A stretch of 64,000 nt of DNA from Centroscyllium fabricii (lineage: Eukaryota), in assembly GCA_051313645.2 (NCBI GenBank), contig JBNRSN020000011.1, forward strand, positions 163,060,001 through 163,124,000, written 5' to 3'. Made by a program: the position numbers and the translations under genes. How positions within the stretch are numbered: the stretch's first letter is position 1; every line of letters begins with the position of its first letter. Under the pieces are notes generated by a model. That model saw nothing but the letters and a program-made list of their open reading frames with translations, was not told the DNA's origin and did not search any database. Shown here piece after piece: positions 25,274 through 37,200 of the stretch.

Positions 25274-26963
25274 TCGCAGACAACAAAGCACCAAACATTC
25301 TATTTGATTTCCGTAATATTAATTCCTATCCTATTCTTACTCTGTGAAACCCAAGTAAAAGCAAAGACAATTATACATTTCAAGTGTTAATTTTCGCAGA
25401 AAGCTACACAACTACTAACAGTTCTAATATATACATGTGTTTACTGCTTGTACAGATACATCTATAGAATCTAAACCGTGCTCAAGTACCAATCAAAACC
25501 CTAGCCTGTGGAAAATATTGTTTTCGTAAGTCCAGTGCGTGTTTACAAGGTTATTTTTATTGTACAACGTAAAGTGGATATATGTCCATAACGTGTTTCA
25601 CACCGAGGTGATACATGTACACGGGTATCTAGGACCTATGTGCACCGATACATAAGTTAGCTCATCCCAAACGTGTACCATATTGTACATGGTGTTCAGA
25701 TCGAAAGTTGTGCAGGCTTTGTATTTATCGATTTCTGATGCAAGTTTCTAGTTTTTCAACCGTCTAATTTCCATGCAAACTGTTGCACAACTTAAAGTTT
25801 GCAAATGTACTACTTCGGCATGTCCTGTCAGCCTCTCGTTCCCATTGAGATGAATTCATACTACTTACTACTGGATTGACATTCCATCGGGCACTATCCA
25901 AAACATCTATCCAGTTGTTCATTTGTATATCACTCAGTTAAAGATCATAATAAATCACATTGCAGCTAAAATGCCGTGGTCCCAAATACACTTTGAATTA
26001 ATTTATTGAGAGCTGATTGTGAAGTTTGCATCTGCAGGTTCATTCTGCGAATTCGGCCAAGGAGATTGGGTTATGTGCTCGCGAAGATTCAGCAACCAGC
26101 AAAATCAATCCTACAGGCGCTATTCAGTTCCCCCCCCCCCCCGCCTCTTGGGTGAAATAATACTACCACTATATAATTATTTATGCCGAAATTTTAAGCA
26201 TTGACCCCCCCCCCCCCCTTCCCCTTCATGCCTATGAATATTCGTGGGTGTAAAAACTCTTCGCTTTCTCTGTATCCGCCTACGGTTTGCGAGTTGCTTA
26301 TATCAGAAATGTAGAGGTTCAATGAAAACCCAATCTTCAGACGTACTACCTATGAAACCGGTGCATTTATTTACAATACTGCACAAGTGTTGCACAAACC
26401 GAATGATTTCATCATATTAAATATATGAACATCGGGTTAAAAATGATACTTTTGGAAACAAGAAAGGTGAAAGACCTCTATAGGTATGTATCACATCACT
26501 GCAATAATACAGAAAACAGTCAGCAACTTGACCTGGGAGTCGGCCTGGGCCAGTCTTTTTTTAAAAAGGGGCCGGTCCGGTGGATACCCAGGACAGGGAG
26601 CACGGGCGGGAAAAAGGCACATCAGAGAGTGGTGTTGGACCGCAACAGACCCCTCTCATTGTGCAACTCTTCAGAGAAAGGAGAAATGGAAAACTGACTG
26701 AGGTACGCTGCTCCTTCCATTTTAAAACCGCAGAACAATGTGTGAATTTAGCCTTTTATGTTTTGATTTACATATTTATAAGTCCTTTCCTACACGCCAC
26801 ACAGCTAGAACAACTGAATGTCTCTTCACTCAAGCAACCTGTCTATATTTCGGCGGTGTATGTTGCTAAAGTAACGCGCACACGGACCATATGTATGCAG
26901 CTGCAATAAATGCCCAGCGTCTTCGCGATCTTGTATTACTTTTTAAGAGTTGCCAGACGTGAT

Positions 26964-27200
26964 CAATTCAATTCAATTTTCAATTTAAAAAACTTTATTG
27001 GCATGACAGGATACATCCCTATGTTGCCAAAGTATAAAGCATAAACATACATAGTTAAACTGCATAAATACAGATACAGGTATACAATGTATGGGCAGAT
27101 ACATGTGTACACATCTGTAACCTTTTTTCAGTTGCTACATGTCATTGCAGTTTCAAACAGTATAATTGTCTTTCCTTTTTCAATATGTATTAACACTACA
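26964..27200 (-). mobile_element. Non-LTR retrotransposon 3' UTR fragment, family uncertain
   Basis: Minus strand ends CTTTGGCAAC...CATGCCAATAAAG + (TTGAA)n. The same terminus occurs at 43836-43905. Confidence 0.55.
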
Positions 27201-28699
27201 CCTAGTTATCTTGTCTCTGAAGCCCGGGACCGGTTTTCCGTGAGATTTTTAAATTGCCAAGTGTGACATTCGAGAGGAAGAAGGAAAAAAAAAGATTCGG
27301 TAAACCGACAAAGACAATAAAAGAAATGCAATGTTACCTTGGTCGGAAAAGTCCTTAAAATGAAAAGCTGAAGTAAAATCCAAGTCCTGAAAGTTTGAAT
27401 CATTCATTAGCGCCTTATAATTACCCTGCTAATTAGGCTGACACACTACTTAATCATGAGTAATACGCCGTCATGTACTTGGCACTTCTCATTATTCTGA
27501 CATTCAACAAGAGTCAGGTTTCAGGCCGCACTGAAATTAACACAAGTTGATACACTCTGAAACACCAGTGGAATCATTCCCAGTCCCCCGGCGAATCCAC
27601 ACACACACACACACTCACACAAAAAAATATTATTTCTTTTCTGGCAAACAATGCCAGAAGACGCTTCGGCGGATTGTGCTTCAAAAACAATTAACTTCGT
27701 CAAAAAAAAGACTGTTAAAGACAATGCAGGCTGAAGCACCGCAATAAAAAAAAAAGGAGCATTTCAACTCACACATGCACGCACACACAGGCAAAGGATC
27801 GACTGGCAGAGCATTGAGAGGAAACACACACACACACACACGAAATTAAGGCAATGCAATAAATGCACCGAGCTGCACAATGATATGTTATTTAAATGTT
27901 CGGCAACTTATGATTCACCAACGACCTTAACGTTTGTATAAACAGGAAAAGACTCAACGCGAAGAGAATGATATGGAGGACTGCAGCATTTCAAGTTGAA
28001 GGATAACTACAAGAGCCGCTTGTTTCGATCACTGCCGCCTCTTGCAAGATGTGCACAAGATTGTAGCATTCTCCTCTGATCAGGGCAATGCTTGAGTCAG
28101 GAGGTAAACAAAACAAAAATAACAGTTGTTTAGAAAAGCGAATCATTTCCCAGTCACCCACAACTGTAAACAATCTTTACTTTGCATTTGGCATTAAACT
28201 GGTTTAATTGGTGCTGATAGGGGGGTAAATAAACACAGATTAAAGTGATCATTCGCCGGGGCAGAAGATTATGCAAATGAATATCTATTTATTTACGATG
28301 CAGAGTGTTGCAATTACAGTCGGAATTTGTGTAAGATTGCCGTTTCCGATTTACTCTCGAGATTTTCAACTGGACGATTTAACATATATATAACAAGAGG
28401 AAGAAGAGTTTCAATTCTGTAAATGGATCTATTGTTCCTGTGGTTTTTATTCGTGATTCCTCCCCCCACCCCCTTTTTTGGTTTAGAATATGCCAGGCTA
28501 TGGTAATAATGGATGAATAAACCATGCAATCGCAGCATTTTAAATATATATATATATATATGTATATCTATCTATACATTTTAAATGAAAGCTATATTTT
28601 GGGGCGTGTAGCTTTGAATGTTGCAGACGCTGGAGGTTGACTAAAAAGAGCATCTCGGGCTCGGTCGCCTTGTTTCCGAAATTGACAAGATAAACTACG

Positions 28700-28840
28700 G
28701 CCTGTCTGATTGGCTCGTTGCTTGGAACGTCAGCCGCTTAGGCACTGGCAGACCAATGGGCGGAAAGAGAAATAAAATATGCGCTGGATTATAATAAGGG
28801 GGAAAAAAATATGACACTCTGCGATGGCAGTGACGTCAGG
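28700..28840 (+). promoter_or_regulatory. Putative barhl2 proximal promoter
   Basis: Reverse CCAAT (ATTGG 28709-28713), CCAAT 28753-28757, GC box GGGCGG 28758-28763, TATA-like TATAATAA 28790-28797 and a perfect CRE TGACGTCA 28831-28838, clustered about 500-650 bp upstream of the ATG. Confidence 0.6.
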
Positions 28841-29344
28841 CTAGGATGCAATTGTCGCCCAGCTCAAGCGATTACTAGCAAAAGACAGCTTGCAGTCTCG
28901 GAGTTATCCCCGCTTCATCCCGCCACACCTCAACTTCCAACAAAGTTGAATAACTATAGCGCAAACCTCGTGGATTATCCCAGAGTTTCTGCTCACCCCA
29001 AATTCCTGATGTATTAATTTTTTTAATTTTTTTTTAAAGTTTGATTTTTTTTCCCAAAACCAAATCTGTGCCAGGCTATATCTTTGTCTCTAGCCAAGTT
29101 TACAGCACGTGTGAGCTTTACAGTATTTTCATTTTTGGTTTTTTTTCCTTTCCCCCCCCCCAAAAAAACCCCCAAATTCTCTGATGCTTCAGAAGACAGC
29201 AAAAAAAGAAACGGTTCGTCCTCCACACACACACACACACACACTGATTGCCAACGCTTCTGCTTTTAAACAGCCTCATCGCAAACTCAATTAAAAGTAC
29301 TGGTAGTGATGAAGAGGCGCTCTTAAAATCCGAACCAAACCGCG

Positions 29345-29864
29345 ATGGAAGGATCCAGCGGCTCTAGTTTTGGAATAGACACTATTTTGTCGAACAGTTC
29401 CGGCAGCCCTGTGCTGGTGAACGGGGATTTTCGCCACGGTGACAACAGGACTTCAGACTTCAGAAACCAGGCCACCCCATCCCCGAGCTCGGAGCTGGAC
29501 GCCGTGGGGACGGCTCCCCTGTCGCCGCTCTGCATGGAGCACCAGGAGCAACAGCATCACGGCCCGGACAGCCTCCATCCACATCAACAGCAAAGTTTGC
29601 AGCAACAGCAGCAGCAGCAGCAGCAACTGGCAGCCGGCAGCTCTGGCCCCAGGACTTCCACATCCTCTTTTTTAATCAAAGACATTTTGGGCGATAGCAA
29701 ACCGCTGGCAGCCTGCGCCCCTTACAGCACCAGCGTCTCGTCACCCCACACCCCCAAACCAGAGGCAGAATCCTTCCGGCAAAAGACAGACCCCGAAGAG
29801 CATAAAAACCGGGACAAGCTCGACAAACGAGATGACACTCAAAGTGATAACATCAAATGCAACG
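29345..29864 (+). CDS. barhl2: BarH-like homeobox 2, coding exon 1
   Basis: MEGSSGSSFGIDTILS...TSSFLIKDILGDSKPLAACAPYSTSVSSP matches the vertebrate BARHL2 N-terminus with two FIL/eh1 motifs and a polyQ tract. Ends AACG|GTGAGT (phase 1 donor at 29865). Confidence 0.96.
29604..29627 (+). repeat. CAG/CAA repeat encoding polyglutamine in barhl2 exon 1
   Basis: CAA CAG CAG CAG CAG CAG CAG CAA run within QQQSLQQQQQQQQQL. Confidence 0.85.
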
Positions 29865-31456
29865 GTGAGTCCGCCTGTCTCTTGTGATATCATTTTATAT
29901 ATATATATATATCGGTGCTGCTTGTTTTTGGTAATTTGCAACTAACAGTTTTGCAAGTGCTACAGACATATGTAACGCTGCAGACTGACAGCTTTAGGTG
30001 GCGTGGAGGGAATTGTCAGGGCTTTCAAGACATATCATGAACAAAAAAACCGAGCGGTTCGTTCCAATAACGTTTGGGACGCTTCAGAGGTCACAGTCTT
30101 GGCTAACGACGCTTATTTGTTTCGTTCAGGGGTTCTTTAAACATTTGCTTCCGACTGGTGGCCGTGCCGCTGTCACCTCGGTGGTTTCTTCTTGTGTTTT
30201 TGTGTCGAGGTAACTGAGGCTAGTCAAATAGACCGCACTGTATATCCCACGCCGTTTGAAAACGACTGAGATTGGACGCATATGTGATTGTGAGCCGGCC
30301 GCGCACGGGGGGAGCTTGCAATTCACTGTTCATATTGAGGGAAATGCTATAAGGTGGGTGGCAAAGACAGGCAGGCCTAGTTACTTTTTCTCGCTGGCTA
30401 AACGTTGATTATCGTCTCTTCTGGCTTTTATCGGTTGTAGTTAGGATATGCGAAGTGTAGAAATGCACCCGCAATTATTCATACAACGAGGAGATTATTT
30501 AATGCACTAAATTACACGGAATCAGCAATTTTAGAACGCCAGTCGGTTTTGATGATTTTTTTTTTTGGGGGGGGGGGGGAATATACACAGGTTGATATAA
30601 TTGGTCCTTTCCCCGCGACAGTTAGCATGCTAATAGTTTGTAATGACTGTTATAACAAGTATACAATAAAGGAAAATGTGCGATCAATAGAATGATCTTT
30701 TTATACACGAAATCCGCTTTAATATAAGACGATCACTTGCCAAACACTTCTAATGATACTTTATCACCATCAGCCATCTCCCGTTGTTGTAAAGTGTGTG
30801 TAAATGGAAAAAAAAAACTGGTCTTATTTTTATAATTCATTCAGTGATTACTATTAGCATACCAGAGAGGGGGGGAAACAGATGTAGAGTCTGGTCTGGC
30901 GATTTTTATGCCAAACCTCCCCAGTGGGTCAATTAGAGAGATTATTGTTTTTCCTGCAGGGGAGATGGTGGAGCGCTGCAAAAACTGGTACAAATAGAGA
31001 TGGATTGACATATCGATTTCCCAGCATTTCAGGAAAAACTCAAAGTTGACAAATAGTATCCGGAATTATTAAAGCCATCACCCGGACGTGTATCCCTATC
31101 GAAAGATTCTCAACACACAGAATCAGTTACAGGTTTTGTTCTCGTTACTATTAATAAGGTCGATCGATGGGTCGGCAAATAATTACGTTTAATTTTTTTT
31201 TTTACATTTTAAATACACAGGCTTTTTGAATAATTAATAGATATAAAATCGGCACAAAATACTGTGCTGTAAATCGGATCTCTATGAAAGGCACGCAAAC
31301 GGCTATTTTGCACATGCAAATGATATGCAAAATTGTGCGGGGAAATTTGAACTTTTTTTTGTGCAAATAAGGTTACAGGATGCTTCTCAGACTAACATTG
31401 CTGTTATTTGGTGCTGGGCACTTGGATTCATGCGCTGCGATTGTATCTCGTGTTAG

Positions 31457-31682
31457 GAACAAAAGAAGAAGGCGACCGTGAAATAACGAGTAGCCGGGAA
31501 AGTCCTCCTGTGCGGGCGAAGAAGCCTCGAAAAGCGAGAACGGCCTTTTCCGACCATCAACTCAATCAGCTGGAGCGCAGTTTCGAGCGTCAGAAATATC
31601 TGAGTGTCCAGGACCGCATGGATCTGGCAGCGGCTCTCAACCTGACTGACACCCAGGTCAAAACCTGGTATCAGAACAGGAG
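31457..31682 (+). CDS. barhl2: BarH-like homeobox 2, coding exon 2 (most of the homeodomain)
   Basis: Acceptor TGTTAG|GA. Encodes [76 protein letters not shown] with the Bar-class Tyr49 (WYQN). Donor AG|GTACGT, phase 2. Confidence 0.97.
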
Positions 31683-32995
31683 GTACGTGAGACGTACTGA
31701 TCACACTCATCTGTGTACAGAGAAACGATGCTGCCCACAATCTGTGTGTAATCGGTCACATACTCGGAGTGTCGGTATATTATAGAAACCCATACAGATG
31801 GCACATATTCTGCTTTAAACAATCAGGCTGTAAAAGTATCCCCCCCACCTTCAAAAATAAGCACGCTGCACTGAAGTAACGGTGCGAACTATTTATTGGC
31901 AGCACCAGAAATGCATGGACATTAGTCAGCTGCTGTGCACCAAACTAACGGAAACTGTGCTCCAGAAGCGGATTTCTTGTTGCTCTGAGAGCGAAAGGGA
32001 GAGGTTCTGGCCATCACCTATAAGACAAACACAAGGAATCCACGAACACTTCAAACATTTTCAAAAATTAGTTCCTGTACATTTTCAAACTTTGCAATCA
32101 GAGTCCAATTTTAGCCTTTGCAGAATGGCTGATTATTTTTTTAAAGATCTTATTTTTATAAAAAATGCCTTTTCTACGTTTCTGTAAAGCAAAGTATGTG
32201 CATTTGAAGTGGAGGCTTTCAGCTACTGTTTAAGGTCGCAGTTATATTTTTGTGAAGTGTGTTTATTGTAAATGCATTTGGGCGCGTTTGTTCGATATAT
32301 TTTTTTTGGAGATAGTTTAATCTGAAATGCTCTCAAATTGAACGTTAAACATCTATGTTTAGGACGCAGAGAAAGGCCATTTCCCCCCCCCACCGAACGC
32401 AATTCTGTTTTAGTTAAAAGATATTCCGATATCTCCGTCCGTCCTCGGCTGCTAAAACAGGATGCGACTGTAACCGGAGTTGCAAATGGGCGTCCAGTTG
32501 CCATCCATGCCACAGATTTTCTGTCTCATTACATACAGTTTTCAACCATGCTATCTCTGTCAGAAAACATTAACGTCAGCTGTTCCCCAAATCTAAACAC
32601 GGTTTAATGCATTATACTTTTTAACCTTCTAGCTTATTATTGCAATCCGTTTTTGTTAATTGCTCAGCTAACGCTTTGCACAGCGCGCATGCACACTGAG
32701 GACAGACAATCTCCTTCCTCGATTTGCCTCTGAGCCATGCATTCCCACCTTCCTGTGGGTCAATCTGGCATTAACATTTCAGTTGCTTATTTACTTATTT
32801 GTTTTTGCAATACATTAACATACCGAGCCGCTCAACATAGGTTTAATGCTCAGAAGGAATGGCGAAGATCCCTCCACGTTTGCACACATTTATTGAAGCT
32901 ATGCGTTTTTTAAAAAAATCATCTAAAATACTCAGAACCTCTCTGATGGATATAATCAATCTGTGCACGGGTCCGAATAAGAAGCCATGATGTGG

Positions 32996-33381
32996 AGAGT
33001 CCAACAGTCTCTTTCACCTGACGAAGGGGCAGAAGCTCCGAAAGCTTGTGATTTAAAATAAAACCGTTGGACTATAATCTGGTGTTGTGTGACTTCTTGC
33101 AAGAAGCCACGATGCGTGGAGGTGCCGGTGTTGGACTGGGGTGGACAAATGCAAGAAGTCACACAACACCAGGTTATAGTCCAACAGTTTTAATTAAAAT
33201 CACAACATATATATGTTTTATGATGAGCGGGGGGTGCCGGTGTTGGACTGGGGTGGACAAATGCAAGAAGTCACACAACACCAGGTTATAGTCCAACAGC
33301 TTTATTTGAAATCACAAGCTTTCAGCTTGTGATTTCAAATAAAACTGTTGGACTATAACCTGGTGTTGTGTGACTTCTTAC
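32996..33381. mobile_element. Cluster of four Penelope-like terminal-repeat fragments (+,-,-,+) in barhl2 intron 2
   Basis: Unit TTGTGATTTxAAATAAAACxGTTGGACTATAAxCTGGTGTTGTGTGACTTCTT occurs forward at 33046 and 33327 and reverse at 33150-33205 and 33265-33320. First copy flanked by a near-duplication AAGAAGCCAyGATG. Confidence 0.7.
33014..33051 (+). ncRNA. Minimal type I hammerhead ribozyme motif
   Basis: TCAC-CTGACGA-A-GGGGC-AGAA-GCTCC-GAAA-GC-T-T-GTGA: stem I TCAC/GTGA, intact CUGANGA and GAAA core, 5-bp stem II, palindromic AGCT in place of stem III. Confidence 0.75.
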
Positions 33382-33559
33382 TCATAAGAAACGCATTTGA
33401 AAGCCCCAGATAGATAGATACATTCCATTGCTGGGTATGTTGTTTTTCGCCTCTTGTTAAACCGCCTCTTTCATTTCACTTAAGGGTTATTTGCAATGTG
33501 TTATTTACAAAGCCACCCCCTTCTAATTGCATTCTTTGGCTATTTCTGCCCTATTGCAG

Positions 33560-33851
33560 GACGAAATGGAAGAGGCAGACGGCGGTGGGACTGGAGCTGC
33601 TGGCCGAAGCCGGGAACTACTCCGCTTTGCAGAGAATGTTCCCCTCTCCCTATTTCTACCACCCGAGCCTACTGACTAACATGGACACGACGGCGGCGGC
33701 GGCCATGTACATGTACCGGACTCCACCGCCCCACCCCGGGCTGCAGCGACCGCTGGTCCCGAGGGTCCTCATCCACGGGCTCGGCCCGGCGGGACAGCCC
33801 GCACTCAATCCCCTGCCCAACCCCATCCCCGGCACACCACACCCCCGGTGA
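33560..33851 (+). CDS. barhl2: BarH-like homeobox 2, coding exon 3
   Basis: Acceptor TTGCAG|G. Encodes TKWKRQTAVGLELLAEAGNYSALQRMFPSPYFYHPSLL...PIPGTPHPR, TGA at 33849-33851. Spliced CDS 520+226+292=1038 nt is in frame (345 aa). Confidence 0.97.
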
Positions 33852-34208
33852 AAAAACAGAGAGAGAGAGGGTGTGTGTGAGTGTGTGTGAGTGTGTGTGG
33901 GAAAAAACAACAACACAGACTGTGGAAAATCCGCGAAGAGGGACACAAAACGGACTCTGCCCTAATGTAAGAGAGAAGATGACAAAACGGTCAAGGCTAA
34001 TGGACTTGGAACTTTTGCACTGTTTTCTCGTGACCTTTTTATCTGAACGTGGCATGCACCAGAATAGTAAGAAGTGTACATTTCGAGGACTGGGTGATTT
34101 ACGCGTATTTATTATATGTCGTCAGAGAAATCCGGGTTGAAACTATATAAACATTAGTGAAGTACATACAGGTTTTTTTTCCTCATTTTCATGCAGTCTT
34201 TTCAATCA

Positions 34209-34214
34209 AATAAA
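34209..34214 (+). terminator. Candidate barhl2 polyadenylation signal
   Basis: AATAAA about 360 nt after the stop codon, followed by U/GU-rich sequence (TGTTTTATTTCGTAGTTTGGTTTTTGTC). Confidence 0.45.
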
Positions 34215-37200
34215 TACTTAGATCAAGTAAACTAGTGTTTTATTTCGTAGTTTGGTTTTTGTCTTTTAAATTAAATGTTAAAAAAAAAACACATTTAAAT
34301 AGACGGCATTCAATAACGCAATCTAACATGTAATCATTATTTACGGAATAGTGTTGCGATTGAAAGGACATAATTGGGTTTTTGCTGCTGAGATTTGATT
34401 CTGAAAGGTGAGCCAAATGGAAGGTTTCCAGCTCGATGCAAAGACTAATTGAAAGGGGGGGGGGGGGGGGGGCTCGATGGGAAAGCTGGGTCACGAAGCT
34501 CGGGTTAATTCGTCGAAATAATAATCTGGCTTGAGTTTGAAATTGCGACCAAAAAAAAAAGTCAGTCCATTCAGCGACCTGGCCGCTTTGCGCCCTCAAT
34601 CAGTTCGGCAAAGTTTGACATTTCATTTTGGGATTGGGAATCTGGTGATACAGATGCGAACAGGGGGATTTATCACCGCGCTTGATTTAAAAAAAAAATG
34701 ATAATTGCTGCCGGTATTTTTTTAAATTTCAAAGTATGTTTGCAACGGCAGCTCGTGAATATTGTAGGGGGTGCTCCCAATGGTTTTTTTTGTTTTGTTT
34801 GTTGGAATAGTTAACAGCGCATCATAATGGATGGTTTGTTAGGCTGGCTGGCCTGCCTGGGAAACGGGAGGTTGTCCCAGTCTGGCAGCTGTTGTGGGGA
34901 AGCATACGCTTGAAAGGACCGGCTTCGCCAGACAGCAGGCGTAAGGCTGCTCAGCGTGAGCAATCGGAGGGGGGAAAACCCTAGGGCGAGCATCTTTAAT
35001 ACGAGAGAGAGAGAGATCGCAGCCATAATCTCACCTACACCCCTCACCTAGTGTGATCTAACGGGGAACACGCGGTAATGACAACCCAAAGCTTTGAGTC
35101 ACCTTCCACTAAGCTCATCAAACCACACCGTCTGATCTTTACTCTGATGCACGGTGACAAATCTGCCACCGCCTTACGCTCAACTAAGAAGGACAACAAC
35201 AGCAACAAAAAAAAAAACAATTGTGTAACGTCAACTTTTGGCACAGCCAGTAAAAAGTTTTCAAATGATAACTGAAATGGATTTACTGCGATGGTGTTGA
35301 ATGGGGCTTTAAATATTGTCGATGGTATATTGTAGCGAATGAGTGCAGCAAATTGGTATTGCTATTGATGAATTGAAGGTGTGACCTGTCAAAGAGGGAA
35401 GGCGCCGAGGACCAGGAATGTACCGAATAAACACATTGCCGATGTATAATTTATCAAAACGCAGAGCGCTTCTAAACAGACAAATTTTCCATCTGCTGGC
35501 CCCCTCCCAGCAGTCAGGGGTTCATTTCACCCCCACCCCCACTCCCTCAAAATATATAGCAGCGTTTTTCGTGACCCAGCCGACCCACAGAGCCTCGGCA
35601 TCAGCAAGCTAGGCTGCTTGTAATTATAAAGAAATAATGAAGTTACATAAACATTAATATACATTTGGAGAGGGGTGGGTGGGGGGGAACCGATCATTTG
35701 CCCTGGAGGTTTGCAATCGCGTGGTGCTTTCATATGAATAGACTCCAGAATGCCAGAGCCTCGGGGCACCTTTGTTTTGGATCCCGTAATTGCAGAATCA
35801 TTCGCTGATTTCTCTACTAATAAATTCGCGTTAAAAACAGATTGACCTCCGCAACGGCCCTCATGAAAGGCAATAAATAGCCCGGCGACGCCCACCTCAT
35901 TTCCCCCCCTCACTCGCTGAACCTTTGCAATCACCTCGGCTCTGTTGGGGGCTGTTTGTTCAGTCCCTGATCAACCTGCTTTCAGCTATTCCCTATAATT
36001 AGAATTGACGTGCCCAGATTGTATTAGTTTCCAGTTTATTATGTAAACAACAATCATTTCAGACGAATTTACTTCATAAGCTGATTTCCACCCCCCCCCC
36101 CCCCCGCCGCAAGTAACTAGATGGAACTTGTTGTCAAATTGAACCCATCAAATCGCAGGGTTTGAGCAAACAGGGGGTTCAAAGTGACAACTTGGAACGA
36201 AATCTTCCCTTTTAACCGGACACAGAGCCGAACCACTGTCCCTTTTAGCCAGAGCTCCACGTTTATCAGTTCAACGAGTTACATTATTAACTTCAACTTT
36301 TCGCTACTTTTCTACTCGGTGTGTTGTTAACAGCAATAATCCATGTGCAACGCTTACTGTCTCAGAGATTTAAAACCAGACTCACTGCCTGGTCCAGGCG
36401 CTTGCTGTGTTTAAACAGGTTCCGCTAATCGCAACAAACCCGGAAATAATTCGCCAAATTAGAAGTTCAAATCTCTTGCAAGATCAAGAAGTTGTTTAAT
36501 TTGTTTAAGTTGTTACAGTCTAATTACACAATCAATTCGAGAATGTCAGTTCCATCTTCCGAACCAAAGGTCATGTTAGTATTTCACTTGTGCTGACTAA
36601 ATAATGTCATTAGCAAAAACAGGAACACTTTTAACAATAGTTTGAAATAAATCGTCGTTATCGGGTGAATACGGAACTTGAATGGTCCAAGCTCAATTAG
36701 ATAATTCAATTGGCGATTATTTAATTTTGATGTTATCATTGAGAGCTTTCAGTCCAATTCGTTTTTCAATTTGTAATTTTGACCATTCCGAATGATTATT
36801 AATATTGAACGAGTTATTTCGGGGCTTGACTTCGCAGACAGAATAAGTTGATATTGGCCCAACGAATGCCTACCCACAGATGAATGCTCTAAAATAAATG
36901 ATAGATTTTCGGTCATTAAGATTTTCTAAAAGCTTCCACAGCAAGAATAAAAAACAACGCTCAGAATTAAACAGAAGGTTGCTTGTGCAAAGCGTTGGTG
37001 TGATTACGGCTCGGGTTTGGTGGGCCTCGCGTTCTGCCTCACAAACCTTTGTTGAATGCGCTCTAATCCTGCTGTTAGATAACCTGAGAGTAACGCTCAG
37101 TGGCACCGACAGGATCTGCGTCTGGTTCTAGTTCGCACGGCGCATCCATCCCTCTCCCGGCTGCTTGGGGAGTGCAAACAAAAAGCGTCGGAGGCAAAGA

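Noticed and set aside
29345-33851. Assignment as barhl1 or barx
   Set aside because: The N-terminus (GSSFGIDTILS), [28 protein letters not shown] and the C-terminal PIPGTPHPR match BARHL2 rather than BARHL1 as recalled.
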